Positions 52,141-62,369 of a DNA stretch of 64,000 nucleotides are shown in pieces. Each line of letters begins with the position of its first letter. Position 1 is the first letter of the stretch. Under the pieces are notes generated by a model. That model had not been told where the DNA came from. It made no database searches and was given only the letters and a program-made list of their open reading frames with translations. Source of the stretch: an uncultured Chromatiaceae bacterium (GTDB lineage Bacteria > Pseudomonadota > Gammaproteobacteria > Tenderiales > Tenderiaceae); contig CAMTXZ010000004.1 of NCBI GenBank assembly GCA_947085765.1, positions 17,662 through 81,661 of the forward strand, written 5' to 3'. The translations under genes and the position numbers were made by a program.

Positions 52141-53051
52141 TGAACATTGAAGATCTGCATGCCTTTCTCTACGTTGCCAAACACCGCTCCTTCTCCCTGG
52201 CGGCGGCGCAGCTACACCTCACTCAACCTGCCGTCAGCAAACGCATCGCGGCACTCGAGAGCCACCTCAACGCTCAACTGTTTGACCGCATCGGTCGCCA
52301 GATCAGCCTGACCGAGGCGGGACGTGCCCTCGAACAACACGCCCGGCGCATCCTGGCTGAAGTGGAGGATAGCCGCCGCGCCATTCGCAACCTCAGTGGC
52401 GCCGTCAGCGGCCCACTCAAGATCGCCAGCAGCCACCACATCAGCCTGCACCGCCTGCCACCGATCCTGCGCCGCTACATTCACGAATACCCGGAGGTGC
52501 AGCTCGACCTCAGCTTCATGGGTTCTGAGCTGGCCAGCCGCGCGGTGGAACAGGGGGAGCTGGAGCTGGCCCTCGTCACCCTGCCACCCGTGAAGAGCAC
52601 GTCGCTGACGCTGATTGAGGTCTGGACCGATCGGCTGGTACTGGTCGCCAGCCCCGGCCATCCGCTACGCAATGAACCTGAGATCACCCCCACCGTACTC
52701 GCCCGCCACCCCGCTATCCTGCCGGCGCGTGGCACCTATACCCGGACCCTGATCGACGCAAAACTGGCGGAGACACAGCTGGAGACAAAAATGGAGACCC
52801 ACTACCTCGAGACCATCAAGATGATGGTCAGCGTCGGCCTGGGATGGAGCCTGTTACCTGAAAATATGCTGCCCAAAAAAACAGATCCAGCGAAAATGGA
52901 TCTTGACAAAAAAGATAAAGAGGAGCTGCGCCTGACACAGGGCAGCCACATCCTAGTAGAGCGCAAACTGGGAATCGTACATCACCCACGCCGCACACTG
53001 TCGAATGCGGCGCGGGCCTTTATTGGATTGACAACGGCGCAGCCAGGATAA
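52141..53051 (+). CDS. LysR-family transcriptional regulator divergent from leuCDB
   Basis: MNIEDLHAFLYVAKHRSFSLAAAQLHLTQPAVSKRIAALE is a canonical LysR wHTH, followed by a LysR substrate-binding domain. The start was set to ATG 52141 rather than 51990, which overlaps leuC. Confidence 0.9.
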
Positions 53052-53055
53052 CGGC

Positions 53056-54297
53056 TTAGACCTTAGGCGGTTTGGTTGTGGCTTTGGCGGGCAGATCCTC
53101 ACTGCTGGTCAGCTCATCCATCGACAAGGCATCGGATAGCGAGGGCATATCAATATCATCCAACCCCTCGAGTTGTGCCAACAGCCCATCCTCATCTAGC
53201 TCAACGCTCTCATCCAAAATCGGCAGGTCGCCATCCGACAGCAGATCACCCTCGACCTCTTCCAGGACGGATGCATCTGCATCTGTGGCGTCCGTGATAT
53301 CGATGGCCGCCATCAACTCGTTCAGCTGTGGCAGCACAATATCCCCGTCATCGGCCAAATCGATCACCGGCCCCTTGGCTGCCGCTGTCGACGAGGCAAA
53401 CGCCTCCTCTTCACCGTCCGGGAGTTCGTTAAACGCCTCAGCCCACTCATCCCCCAGTACAGTGCTTGGCTCGGCCATCTCCATCTCAGCTACCGCCTCA
53501 AGCTCATCGGTACCCCAGTCACCATCGCTCTCGGCCAGGATTTCAGCGCCTAGCTCCTCGAGGTCGGGTTCCATATCTTCGGGCAACGGTTCAGGGGCTG
53601 CTGTTACAGGCACGGCTTCACTCACCTGAACGACTGCGGCGGTAGCTACGACTGCTGCAGCGGGTGCTACGGGTGCAGCGGGCAAGTCTGACCCCGTCAT
53701 GCCGCTGCCGGGGCGAAAGGCGACACTGTATTCACGCATTGCCTGATCCATCTCACTATTAAGCGCCAACAACTCGCTGTTAAGACGTTGGTTCTCCTGC
53801 TCCAGCGTCAGCACCGCCCCCGCCAACCGCTCACTCTCCTGCGTCGCCTGCGCCAACTGCTGCTTGATTTCGTCGGGGATGCTGTCACGCTCCTCATCAA
53901 TCCGGGTCCGTATCAACGCAATCAGCTCGTGATAGGCGCTGGTATATCCCTGCAGCTGCTTGTCGAAACCACGCAACGCTACCGCGTCACGCTTCAGATA
54001 CATATTCAGCAGCTGGGTATAAAACTGAACCTCTTTCTCGACCCAGCCTGTGGCCAACTCACGGTTGACCTCGACATCGCTATCGACAATACACTCGGTC
54101 AGTATTTGCTGAAACCACTCCTGGCGCTCCGGAGTATTGCTTCTGATGTGCCCGCGCAACTCCTCGGCCGCTACTATGGAATCCTTCTCCCGTTTTCTGC
54201 CCCTCGCAATAAAGACGATAAGTCCTACCATCACCACAATCAGGGCAAGAATCACCTCCCCTAATATAAACAGTACTGCTGGATCAATTTTAATCAT
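53056..54297 (-). CDS. Membrane-anchored coiled-coil protein with a hyper-acidic C-terminal half, unknown function
   Basis: 413 aa with an N-terminal TM (VLFILGEVILALIVVMVGLIVFIA) then RGRKREK. A coiled-coil stretch follows (LAQATQESERLAGAVLTLEQENQRLNSELLALNSEMDQ). The remaining ~220 aa are dominated by D/E/L/A (e.g. LEEVEGDLLSDGDLPILDESVELDEDGLLAQLEGLDDIDM). Its ATG overlaps the upstream stop (ATGA). Confidence 0.75.
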   Translation of the reverse strand: MIKIDPAVLFILGEVILALIVVMVGLIVFIARGRKREKDSIVAAEELRGHIRSNTPERQEWFQQILTECIVDSDVEVNRELATGWVEKEVQFYTQLLNMYLKRDAVALRGFDKQLQGYTSAYHELIALIRTRIDEERDSIPDEIKQQLAQATQESERLAGAVLTLEQENQRLNSELLALNSEMDQAMREYSVAFRPGSGMTGSDLPAAPVAPAAAVVATAAVVQVSEAVPVTAAPEPLPEDMEPDLEELGAEILAESDGDWGTDELEAVAEMEMAEPSTVLGDEWAEAFNELPDGEEEAFASSTAAAKGPVIDLADDGDIVLPQLNELMAAIDITDATDADASVLEEVEGDLLSDGDLPILDESVELDEDGLLAQLEGLDDIDMPSLSDALSMDELTSSEDLPAKATTKPPKV

Positions 54298-56234
54298 GTT
54301 TTTTCAGCCTCTTTTTCAGAGTCTCCTTCCGGCTGCGGCTCCACTTTGCGGAACCATTTGCGATAGACAAAATACCCAATTAACGACAGCAGACCATTCA
54401 CACCCACCACTTTTAAACCCACCATCATCCAGTTGGGTGACTCATCTTCTGCTGCATGCTCCTCCGTAGGGGTGGCAGCATCAGCGGCATGTTCCGGCGC
54501 CGGGGCGTCATGAGCCGCGGGAGGGGCGTGTTCAGCAGGCGCGCCAGGTGCGGCATGTTCATCGGAGGCGGGAGCGTGCTCTGCCACTGCGCCGTGCTCG
54601 GCAGGTGCATCAAACACCGGCGCCTTAAATACGGGTACCACTGGCGCCCCACCTTGCGGTGCATCCTGGCTACCGGCGCCCATCACATAACTGCCCAGAT
54701 CGACCGCCACCTTCTGACCATTGGTGCGTTCGGCCTGGATCGACAGCGCCACCTCATAACGGTCGCCCGTTCTGATATCCATATCGAGCCGCCACTCGCT
54801 CGGGCCGGTACGGGGAATGGTCAGCTCAGTAGTCGCTCCACCCACCTTGGTCGCTTTGGCGGTGATCAATAGTGATTCCGGGCTGATCAGTTCGGCATAA
54901 GGGATCACTGTCAACGTGTAATGGGCCGGGTCGCCCTTGCTTACCTCAGTGACATTCACTGCTACGGGTCTGTCCACCACCTGTACCAGATAACGTTTAG
55001 AACGTTTGAAGGTGGTGCCATTGACCACCAGTTCATAATCGAACTCACCAGTATGCAGGCCGTCGCCTACCGTGCCACTGAAACGGCCATCACGGGCAGT
55101 AGCATCCTCACCCTTGCCGTTATCATCCAATGGCACCCGCTGCTCGAGCTTGCTCTGATAATTGCGGTCCAGGGATGTAGTAACAAAATCCAGAAACTGC
55201 GGTTTATTGATGATCTTGCCCTTGTCGTGAAGCTCTACAAAGTAGGGCAGTCTATCGCCCACCATCATCATGTTGGGAAGCCGGCTGGCGCGCACACTCA
55301 GGTCAGTGACCACCATCACCCGATTGTCAGGGTCGAGTTCGGCGTTGACCTGCCACTCCCCAGTCATCGGTTTATCGAGCGTGATCAGGTCATAACGCTC
55401 CTCGCGCTGCCACTGCACACCCGCCGTCTTGCTGCCCTGCTCGATCTGCTTACCATCAGGCATCTTGAGCGTGGCGCTCTTGGCCCCCGCCTTACGGAAG
55501 ACCAACATGGTCAATTCGTTGATACTGCTATCCACCAGTACCTTGTTATCGGTGAGCGGCAGAGACTCCAGCGGCACCGACTTTTCGAACATACGCAGGA
55601 ATACGCGCTCCAGCTCTGCGGCATTGGCCACCTCTTCATAACGACCGGAAGTGGCTGCCGAGAGCTGGCGCAAAAAGGGTTTGTCGGCCTCGCCGGAGAG
55701 CGCCACTGTGTGGATGATGACGCCGTTATTTTTCATGCGTGTCAACATCTCGCCCAGCACCCGGCTACGGGCTGCCTGGTCGACTGATTTGTCCTTTGAT
55801 ATATCGAGCATGCCGTCAGTCAGGAAGATGATGTTACGGCTGGTTTTGGGGTCAGGTTTGTTCCAGTCCCAGGTGGCGTCTTTAAGCACACCTTCAATGT
55901 TGGTGTATCTACCGGCGGAGTTGATCGCCGTCACCGCATCGCTGGCCTTGGCCTTCCAGGCCAGATTGACCTCACTGCTGGGGATCAACATGTTGACAAA
56001 CTCACCGAAGGTCCAGACTCCCGCCTTGGTCCCCTCAGGCAACAGCTGGGTCACCAGTTTCAATGCTGGCACCCGCAAGTTTTGCGGGTCATTTTTTTTC
56101 ATGCTGCCGGAGATGTCGATCAGGATGCGCACATCAGTCGCCGACTGTTTGCCAGCCAGCGGCTCCTCCTGAGCATAAGTAAAACCTGCCCCGAACAGAA
56201 ACAGGATAAATAAATAAATAAGCGTAGATCGCAT
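54294..56234 (-). CDS. von Willebrand factor A (MIDAS) domain membrane protein with a His-rich repeat tract
   Basis: The start was set to ATG 56234 (MRSTLIYLFILFLFGAGFTYAQ signal). The VWA domain has the MIDAS motif DISGSM and downstream FLTDG. A ~350-aa beta-rich region is followed by an (A/P)EHA-type repeat tract, a TM helix (MMVGLKVVGVNGLLSLIGYFVY) and a basic/acidic tail. It may belong to the TIGR03503-type family; this is recollection and unverified. Confidence 0.8.
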   Translation of the reverse strand: MRSTLIYLFILFLFGAGFTYAQEEPLAGKQSATDVRILIDISGSMKKNDPQNLRVPALKLVTQLLPEGTKAGVWTFGEFVNMLIPSSEVNLAWKAKASDAVTAINSAGRYTNIEGVLKDATWDWNKPDPKTSRNIIFLTDGMLDISKDKSVDQAARSRVLGEMLTRMKNNGVIIHTVALSGEADKPFLRQLSAATSGRYEEVANAAELERVFLRMFEKSVPLESLPLTDNKVLVDSSINELTMLVFRKAGAKSATLKMPDGKQIEQGSKTAGVQWQREERYDLITLDKPMTGEWQVNAELDPDNRVMVVTDLSVRASRLPNMMMVGDRLPYFVELHDKGKIINKPQFLDFVTTSLDRNYQSKLEQRVPLDDNGKGEDATARDGRFSGTVGDGLHTGEFDYELVVNGTTFKRSKRYLVQVVDRPVAVNVTEVSKGDPAHYTLTVIPYAELISPESLLITAKATKVGGATTELTIPRTGPSEWRLDMDIRTGDRYEVALSIQAERTNGQKVAVDLGSYVMGAGSQDAPQGGAPVVPVFKAPVFDAPAEHGAVAEHAPASDEHAAPGAPAEHAPPAAHDAPAPEHAADAATPTEEHAAEDESPNWMMVGLKVVGVNGLLSLIGYFVYRKWFRKVEPQPEGDSEKEAEKT

Positions 56235-56489
56235 AACAACACCCCGAACTGATCCGTGTCTTGGTAAAAATTGGACTTCCACCACCCGCAGATCCACTCT
56301 GCATGACAGCCCGTAATGAGGCTATCGACCTTCACGAACAATGCTTTATGGTCGTTATCCTAACCTTATCTTGACCATTACCAAACAACGCGCCCGTCAT
56401 TTGCAAAGTTTATTACTCATGAAAAACCCAAAGCTTCCGAAAACAGAGTGGTCGTATTAAAAATATTTGTAACAAATGGGAGAGTTCGA

Positions 56490-58124
56490 ATGGGTTTAAG
56501 GATCAGCGCTCGCGTTGGGGTAATATTTGCTGGCATGACGGCAGTACTGCTGTTTTGCGGTGGTGCTGGTTACTATGGCGCCAAAATGATCTCCAACGGC
56601 CTAGACTACATCACCACCACTGCCGGAGATGCCGCCAATGGTTCTATGAAGGGCGCCATCCACATTCAGGAGCAGGTCATCAACCTCAACCTGCTGGCCA
56701 ATACCACCAATAATGAGAAAGCTACACAGCTGACTGAAAAGATAACAGCTGCCGAAACCATCGCCGACGAGGCGTTGGCACGCATGGCCGCTACCGGACT
56801 ATTCGAACAGCCGTTATTAAAAAAACTGGAGGCCTCGCGCGGCAACTTCGCCGATACCCGTAATGAGATGCTGCGGGCCTACGCCGACTATCGCAACAAT
56901 CCCGGAGCAGAGACCTCAACAGCGGTGATAACGGCCAACAAAAATTTTGAGCCATCCACCACTGAGCTGCTGGAGTTTTTGACTGAGATGCAAACGATCA
57001 GCGATAACCAGACGAAGGAGTACATCCAGAATCTTGAGTTAGTCAAAACCGAGGCCTATAGCGCCATCACTATCAGCATAGTCATCGGTATTGTGTTTGC
57101 CTTTGTAGCCTTTCTTGTGATTATTAAAAGTGTTGTGACCCCCATTCGCGAGATGGCCAAACAGTTTCTTGATCTGGCCCAAGGCGAAGGCGACCTCACC
57201 GTCACCATGCCGGAGACCGGCAATGACGAGATCAGCGATGTCAATCGTGGCTTCAACCTGTTCCTCGGCAAGATAAGGGTATCGATCCAGCAGGTTGTCA
57301 CCTCATCCGGCCAGCTCAATACCGCCGCGGGCAAACTGTCGAAGATCAGTAACGACACCTCCAACAACCTCAATCTGCAGCAGCAGGAGACCGAGCAGGT
57401 CGCCACCGCCATGAATGAGATGGTAGCCACCGTGCAGGAGGTAGCGCGCAATGTCAGTGACGCCGCCAGCGCCGCCAGCGCCGCCAACCACGAGGCTGCC
57501 AATGGTAAACAGATCGTGGTCAATTCCATCAAGGAGATCAATGCCCTGGCCGCCGAGGTGCAACAGGCCGCTGACGTGATGAAACGGCTGGAGAAGGATA
57601 GCGACAACATCGGCAGTGTGCTTGGTGTGATCAAAGAGATAGCCGACCAGACCAACCTACTGGCGCTCAACGCTGCCATCGAGGCGGCGCGCGCCGGGGA
57701 ACAGGGGCGTGGCTTTGCGGTGGTGGCCGATGAGGTACGCACGCTGGCAAGCCGCACCCAGAAATCGACCGAAGAGATTCAAAAAATGATCGAACGCCTG
57801 CAGTCCGGTACACACGAAGCGGTCAATGTGATGGAGCGGGGCCAGAAACGGGCGCAATCAAGCGTCGAACAGGCCAACAGCGCCGGTGTTGCACTGGAGT
57901 CGATCACCGCTGCCGTTGCCACCATTTCGCAGATGACCACCCAGATCGCCAGCGCCGCCGAACAGCAGAACGCCGTTGCCGAAGAGGTCAACAGCAACAT
58001 CGTCAACATCAGCAATATGTCACTGGAGACCAGCCAGAGTGCTGGCGAGATCACCTCATCCACCCAACAGCTGGGCCAACTAGCACAGCAGCTCAATGGG
58101 GTAGTGGCTCAGTTCAAAATATAG
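56490..58124 (+). CDS. Methyl-accepting chemotaxis protein
   Basis: It has TM1, a ~170-aa helical sensor, TM2, a HAMP domain, and the highly conserved signalling hairpin ([36 protein letters not shown]). ATG 56490 has GGGAGAG upstream. Confidence 0.93.
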   Translation: MGLRISARVGVIFAGMTAVLLFCGGAGYYGAKMISNGLDYITTTAGDAANGSMKGAIHIQEQVINLNLLANTTNNEKATQLTEKITAAETIADEALARMAATGLFEQPLLKKLEASRGNFADTRNEMLRAYADYRNNPGAETSTAVITANKNFEPSTTELLEFLTEMQTISDNQTKEYIQNLELVKTEAYSAITISIVIGIVFAFVAFLVIIKSVVTPIREMAKQFLDLAQGEGDLTVTMPETGNDEISDVNRGFNLFLGKIRVSIQQVVTSSGQLNTAAGKLSKISNDTSNNLNLQQQETEQVATAMNEMVATVQEVARNVSDAASAASAANHEAANGKQIVVNSIKEINALAAEVQQAADVMKRLEKDSDNIGSVLGVIKEIADQTNLLALNAAIEAARAGEQGRGFAVVADEVRTLASRTQKSTEEIQKMIERLQSGTHEAVNVMERGQKRAQSSVEQANSAGVALESITAAVATISQMTTQIASAAEQQNAVAEEVNSNIVNISNMSLETSQSAGEITSSTQQLGQLAQQLNGVVAQFKI

Positions 58125-58140
58125 ACGGTCAACGATAACG

Positions 58141-58177
58141 CCGGTTAACACCCATGGGGCGTTAACCGGCTTTTTTA
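58141..58177 (+). terminator. Rho-independent terminator of the MCP gene
   Basis: CCGGTTAACACCC-ATG-GGGCGTTAACCGG is a 13-bp stem with 1 mismatch, followed by CTTTTTTATT. Confidence 0.85.
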
Positions 58178-60358
58178 TTGCGGTTTATGCAACATCCAAC
58201 AGACATGAATACGCGGGTTGCGGGCGTAGTCACGCGGGATGGTAGCGCTGCTGATCTCCTCCACCACCACGCCAGTGTCGGCCAGTGCGGCTGCATCAAA
58301 ACGGAACCGCCGGTTGTTGTTGGAAAATATCAACCTGCCGTCCGGTTGCAACAGCTTGATAGCGTGGTGCAGCAACTCAATATAATCGCGTTGCACGTCA
58401 AAGGTCTGCTGCATCCGTTTGGAGCTGGAGAAGGTCGGCGGATCGAGGAATATCAACCCATAACGCCTGCCCCACGGGCTGCTGGCCTGCTCCGCCAACC
58501 ACTGCAAGCAGTCGGCCTGCACAAAGTTGTGATCCCGCCCCTTGAAGCCATTCAACGCCATGTTACGTTTAGCCCAATCGAGATAGGTATTGGACATGTC
58601 GACGGTGGTGGTGCTTTTTGCGCCTCCCACTGCCGCGTAGACGCTGGCCGAACCGGTGTAACCAAACAGGTTGAGAAAATCCTTGTCATCGGCCAGCTCG
58701 CGCAGCTTGCGACGGGTGATGCGGTGGTCAAGAAACAGACCGGTGTCGAGATAGTCACTAAAATTCACCAGGAACTTCAGGCCACTCTCCTCCACCTCGT
58801 GAAACTCCTTGCTCTCTGCCAGCTTCTCGTACTGGGACACCCCTTTCTGGCGCTGCCGCACCTTGAGGAAGAGCTGCTCGTAAGGCAACTCGAGCACCAT
58901 GGGGATCACCGCCAACGCCTCTTTTAGTCGCGCCTTGGCCTTCTCCTCCTCAATGGTCTTGGGCGCCTCATACTCCTGCACATGGACCCACAACTTTTCG
59001 CCGTGGTAGAGATCGATGGCGAGGTTGTACTCCGGCATATCGGCATCGTAGAGACGATAACAGCTGATCCCTTCGCGCTCAGCCCAGCGTCCCAGCTCCT
59101 TGAGGTTTTTACGCAACCGGTTGGCGAGCATCTCCGCCCCCGGACCCAGCTCTTCCAGACGCGCCGGACGCGGGCCACGCCCCAGGGTGATGTACCACTG
59201 CGGATCAAGTTCAAAACGCAGCAGTTTGCACTCCAGCGCACCATTAAACATGTTGTGAGTATGGCGGGCGCGAATCCCCATCTGCTTGGCCAGGTCCGGA
59301 TTACCGGTGAGGACCGCCGCCTGCCAACCACTGAACTGCTCTTTCAATTTGGTGCCAAGCTGGGCGTAGAGGTGCACCAGTTCAGCCTCTTCACCCAGGC
59401 GTTCACCATACGGGGGATTCACCGCCAACAGCCCCGCAGTTGCGCCCGCTGGCCGAACCAGCTCATCCAGACCACGCCGCGCAATGCGGATATAATCATC
59501 CAATCCTGCCGCCGTCACGTTGGCCTGTGCGGCAAACACCGCTCTGGGGTCAATGTCGTAACCGTAAATCGCCGGCAACCGCTCCAGCCCCTGACTGCGC
59601 CGCGCCTCGGCATCATCAATCAGCCGCTGCCACAAATCAGTATCATGCTGACGCCAGGCAAAAAAACCGTAGTGGTTGCGCAGCAAACCGGGGGCTATGT
59701 CTGCGGCAATCATCGCTGCCTCGATCACCAACGTACCCGAGCCACACATCGGATCGACAAAGCTGCCACCTGCCGCCGCCACCTCCGGCCAACCGGATCG
59801 CAACAGAATGGCGGCGGCGAGATTCTCCTTCAACGGCGCAGTGACACTCTCAACCCGATAGTGACGGCGATGCAGGCTCTCGCCGGAGAGGTCCAGGCTG
59901 ATGGTGAGTTCATCGTGGTGAAGATGGGCGTTGATGCGGATATCGGGCTGTTCCAGATTGACCGATGGGCGCTCGCCGGTGGCGAGACGAAATTGATCAA
60001 CAATCCCATCCTTGATCTTAAGCGCACCAAACTGGGTATGGCGAATGGCATCGGAACGACCAGTGAAGGCGACCGCAAAGGTGGTATGAACATCAAAATG
60101 GGTCGACCAGTCGATGGTCTGTACACCGGCATAGAGGCTCTCTTCAGAGTCCACAGCAAAGCTGGCTAGCGGCAACAGTACCCGTCCGGCAGTCCGCGAC
60201 CAAAGACAGACACAATAAGCGGTCTCCATTGAACCCTTGAACTCGACGCCGGCAGGCTGCTCACGCACCGCCTCTGCCCCAAGCATGGGCAATTCGGCCA
60301 ATAGAGAGGCCACCATGCCCTTAGGCACGGTGGCAAAAAATTGCAGTTGGGTGTTCAT
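58175..60358 (-). CDS. rlmL: Bifunctional 23S rRNA (guanine2069-N7)/(guanine2445-N2)-methyltransferase RlmKL
   Basis: 727 aa with a THUMP-containing N-terminal half including DPMCGSGTLVIEAA and NPPYGERLG, and a C-terminal SAM-MTase half including NLFGYTGSASVYAA and FLDPPTFS. Confidence 0.92.
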   Translation of the reverse strand: MNTQLQFFATVPKGMVASLLAELPMLGAEAVREQPAGVEFKGSMETAYCVCLWSRTAGRVLLPLASFAVDSEESLYAGVQTIDWSTHFDVHTTFAVAFTGRSDAIRHTQFGALKIKDGIVDQFRLATGERPSVNLEQPDIRINAHLHHDELTISLDLSGESLHRRHYRVESVTAPLKENLAAAILLRSGWPEVAAAGGSFVDPMCGSGTLVIEAAMIAADIAPGLLRNHYGFFAWRQHDTDLWQRLIDDAEARRSQGLERLPAIYGYDIDPRAVFAAQANVTAAGLDDYIRIARRGLDELVRPAGATAGLLAVNPPYGERLGEEAELVHLYAQLGTKLKEQFSGWQAAVLTGNPDLAKQMGIRARHTHNMFNGALECKLLRFELDPQWYITLGRGPRPARLEELGPGAEMLANRLRKNLKELGRWAEREGISCYRLYDADMPEYNLAIDLYHGEKLWVHVQEYEAPKTIEEEKAKARLKEALAVIPMVLELPYEQLFLKVRQRQKGVSQYEKLAESKEFHEVEESGLKFLVNFSDYLDTGLFLDHRITRRKLRELADDKDFLNLFGYTGSASVYAAVGGAKSTTTVDMSNTYLDWAKRNMALNGFKGRDHNFVQADCLQWLAEQASSPWGRRYGLIFLDPPTFSSSKRMQQTFDVQRDYIELLHHAIKLLQPDGRLIFSNNNRRFRFDAAALADTGVVVEEISSATIPRDYARNPRIHVCWMLHKPQ

Positions 60359-60410
60359 GAGTATGCCTTCGTCAGGCAGACCTGACGTGCTGAATGGCTA
60401 GTCGAAAAAA

Positions 60411-61631
60411 CTAGCCGTGATAACGCTGGAAGACGAGGCAGGCATTGGTGCCGCCAAAACCGAAGCTATTGGAAAGGATGGTATTAATCTCAACGTTGGT
60501 TTTGGTCTCAAGTAGGATCGGCATCCCTTCGGCGGCGGCATCGAGGTTATCGATATTGGCCGATGCAACCAGGAAATTATGTTGCATCATCAGTAATGAA
60601 TAGATCGCCTCGTTGACACCGGCGGCTCCCAAGGCGTGGCCCGTCAGTGACTTGGTGGAGCTGATAGCAGGCATCTCACCATCACCAAAAGCCGCACGAA
60701 TTGCCTCCAGCTCCTTCATGTCACCAGCAGGTGTGCTGGTACCATGGGCGTTGATGTAGTCCACCTTGCCCTTCACCCCCTCCAGCGCCAGCCGCATACA
60801 ACGTGCAGCCCCTTCGCCTGACGGTTGCACCATGTCAAAACCATCAGAGGTGGCGCCATATCCGACCAGTTCAGCGTAGATTTTGGCGCCACGCGCCTGG
60901 GCATGCTCCAATGCCTCCAATACCAGCAGACCACCACCGCCGGAGATGACAAAACCATCACGATCAGCGTCATAAGCACGTGAGGCCTTGGTAGGTGTCT
61001 CGTTATATTTGGAAGAGAGCGCCCCCATGGCATCAAACATCATGGAGCCTTCCCAGCCCAGCTCTTCACCCCCACCCGCAAAAACCACATCCTGTTTGCC
61101 TAGCTGAATCTGTTCCATCGCACTCCCGATACAGTGAGCGCTGGTAGAACAAGCAGAGCTGATGGAGTAGTTGACACCCTTGATCTTAAAAGCGGTGGCC
61201 AGATTGGCCGAGGTGGTACTGCCCATGGTCTTCGGCACCATGTAGGGACCCACACGACGAATCCCCTTTTCCCGCAGAATATCAGCAGCGGCAACAGTGC
61301 TGGCGTGAGAGGCGCCACCCGATCCCACAATCAAGCCGGCGCGGGGATTAGAGACCTGTGCCTCATTCAATCCGGCATCTTCAATCGCCTGCTGCATGGC
61401 GATATAGTTAAAGGCCGCCGCATCGCCCATGAAACGGCGCAGCTTGCGGTCAATCAAGGCCTCAGTATCGATATTAATAGAGCCATGGACATGCGAACGA
61501 AATCCCATCTCCGCATATTGAGGCGAAAATTCGATGCCGGAACGACCAGCCTTTAGCGCATCGACAACCTCATGCTGGTTATTACCAATACTGGAAACAA
61601 CTCCGATTCCTGTGACAACTACACGTCTCAC
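60411..61631 (-). CDS. fabB: 3-oxoacyl-ACP synthase I
   Basis: [18 protein letters not shown], active-site [21 protein letters not shown] and [11 protein letters not shown]; 406 aa, immediately downstream of fabA. Confidence 0.93.
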   Translation of the reverse strand: MRRVVVTGIGVVSSIGNNQHEVVDALKAGRSGIEFSPQYAEMGFRSHVHGSINIDTEALIDRKLRRFMGDAAAFNYIAMQQAIEDAGLNEAQVSNPRAGLIVGSGGASHASTVAAADILREKGIRRVGPYMVPKTMGSTTSANLATAFKIKGVNYSISSACSTSAHCIGSAMEQIQLGKQDVVFAGGGEELGWEGSMMFDAMGALSSKYNETPTKASRAYDADRDGFVISGGGGLLVLEALEHAQARGAKIYAELVGYGATSDGFDMVQPSGEGAARCMRLALEGVKGKVDYINAHGTSTPAGDMKELEAIRAAFGDGEMPAISSTKSLTGHALGAAGVNEAIYSLLMMQHNFLVASANIDNLDAAAEGMPILLETKTNVEINTILSNSFGFGGTNACLVFQRYHG

Positions 61632-61642
61632 CGGTCACACCC

Positions 61643-62158
61643 TCACATATTTTCAGTGGAAGTAAACAAACCTACCCGAAGATCTTTGGCAGTATAAATC
61701 ACCTTGCCATCAACCAGCATCTCCGCATCACCAACGCCCATAAATAACTTACGCATAATCACTCTGTTCATATCGATACGGTAGGTCACAAGCTTTTTGT
61801 CAGGGGTAACCTGGCCGCGAAAGCCAACCTCACCGACACCCAGCGCCCGACCACGTCCAGGACCACCGCACCAGCCGAGGAAAAAACCGATCAGCTGCCA
61901 CATCGCATCCAGGCCCAGGCAACCTGGCATCACCGGATCACCCTGGAAGTGGCAATCAAAAAACCAGAGATCAGGGGTTATGTCGAGTTCAGCGACAATC
62001 TGACCCTTGCCATGGCTGCCACCATCTCTATTGATGGAGGTAATACGATCAAACATCAACATGGGTGGCAGTGGCAGCTGCGCATTACCCAGACCAAACA
62101 GCTCACCGCGCCCGCAGGTCAGCAGCTCATCCCGTGTATAACTATTTTTTGTCTGCAT
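61643..62158 (-). CDS. fabA: 3-hydroxydecanoyl-ACP dehydratase/isomerase
   Basis: From ATG 62158 the sequence is [70 protein letters not shown], near collinear with E. coli FabA. The 42 upstream codons in the ORF track lack homology. Confidence 0.95.
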   Translation of the reverse strand: MQTKNSYTRDELLTCGRGELFGLGNAQLPLPPMLMFDRITSINRDGGSHGKGQIVAELDITPDLWFFDCHFQGDPVMPGCLGLDAMWQLIGFFLGWCGGPGRGRALGVGEVGFRGQVTPDKKLVTYRIDMNRVIMRKLFMGVGDAEMLVDGKVIYTAKDLRVGLFTSTENM

Positions 62159-62332
62159 AACTATATGTTTTTTTCTATCGTTTTTGGAGTTCAGCAGAAC
62201 AAGGGCCACAACCATCACTGCCCGCGACTGAAACAACTCCCACCCAAAGATTAAATGACCGCAAATGGTAGCAGAAACGCTCATTTGGCAAGCCGCACAT
62301 TAACAGAAACCTTATTAATGAGCAAAATGATC

Positions 62333-62362
62333 AAAAATACAACAGGTTACAAAAATACAACA
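62333..62362. repeat. Perfect 12-bp direct repeat (AAAAATACAACA x2, 6-bp spacer) in the trmO-fabA intergenic region
   Basis: 62333-62344 and 62351-62362 are identical, separated by GGTTAC (18-bp period). The repeat lies just after the trmO stop and about 175-205 bp upstream of the fabA start. Confidence 0.6.
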
Positions 62363-62369
62363 CACTCTA

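Noticed and set aside
58982-60169. 395-aa ORF antisense to rlmKL. Similar long antisense ORFs occur at 17678-18532, 19769-20455, 28750-29610, 32391-33278, 36382-37329, 47855-48457, 50627-51517 and 54921-55787.
   Set aside because: Each lies fully inside a gene with strong homology on the other strand. None has a recognisable motif or a convincing RBS. I treat them as shadow ORFs.
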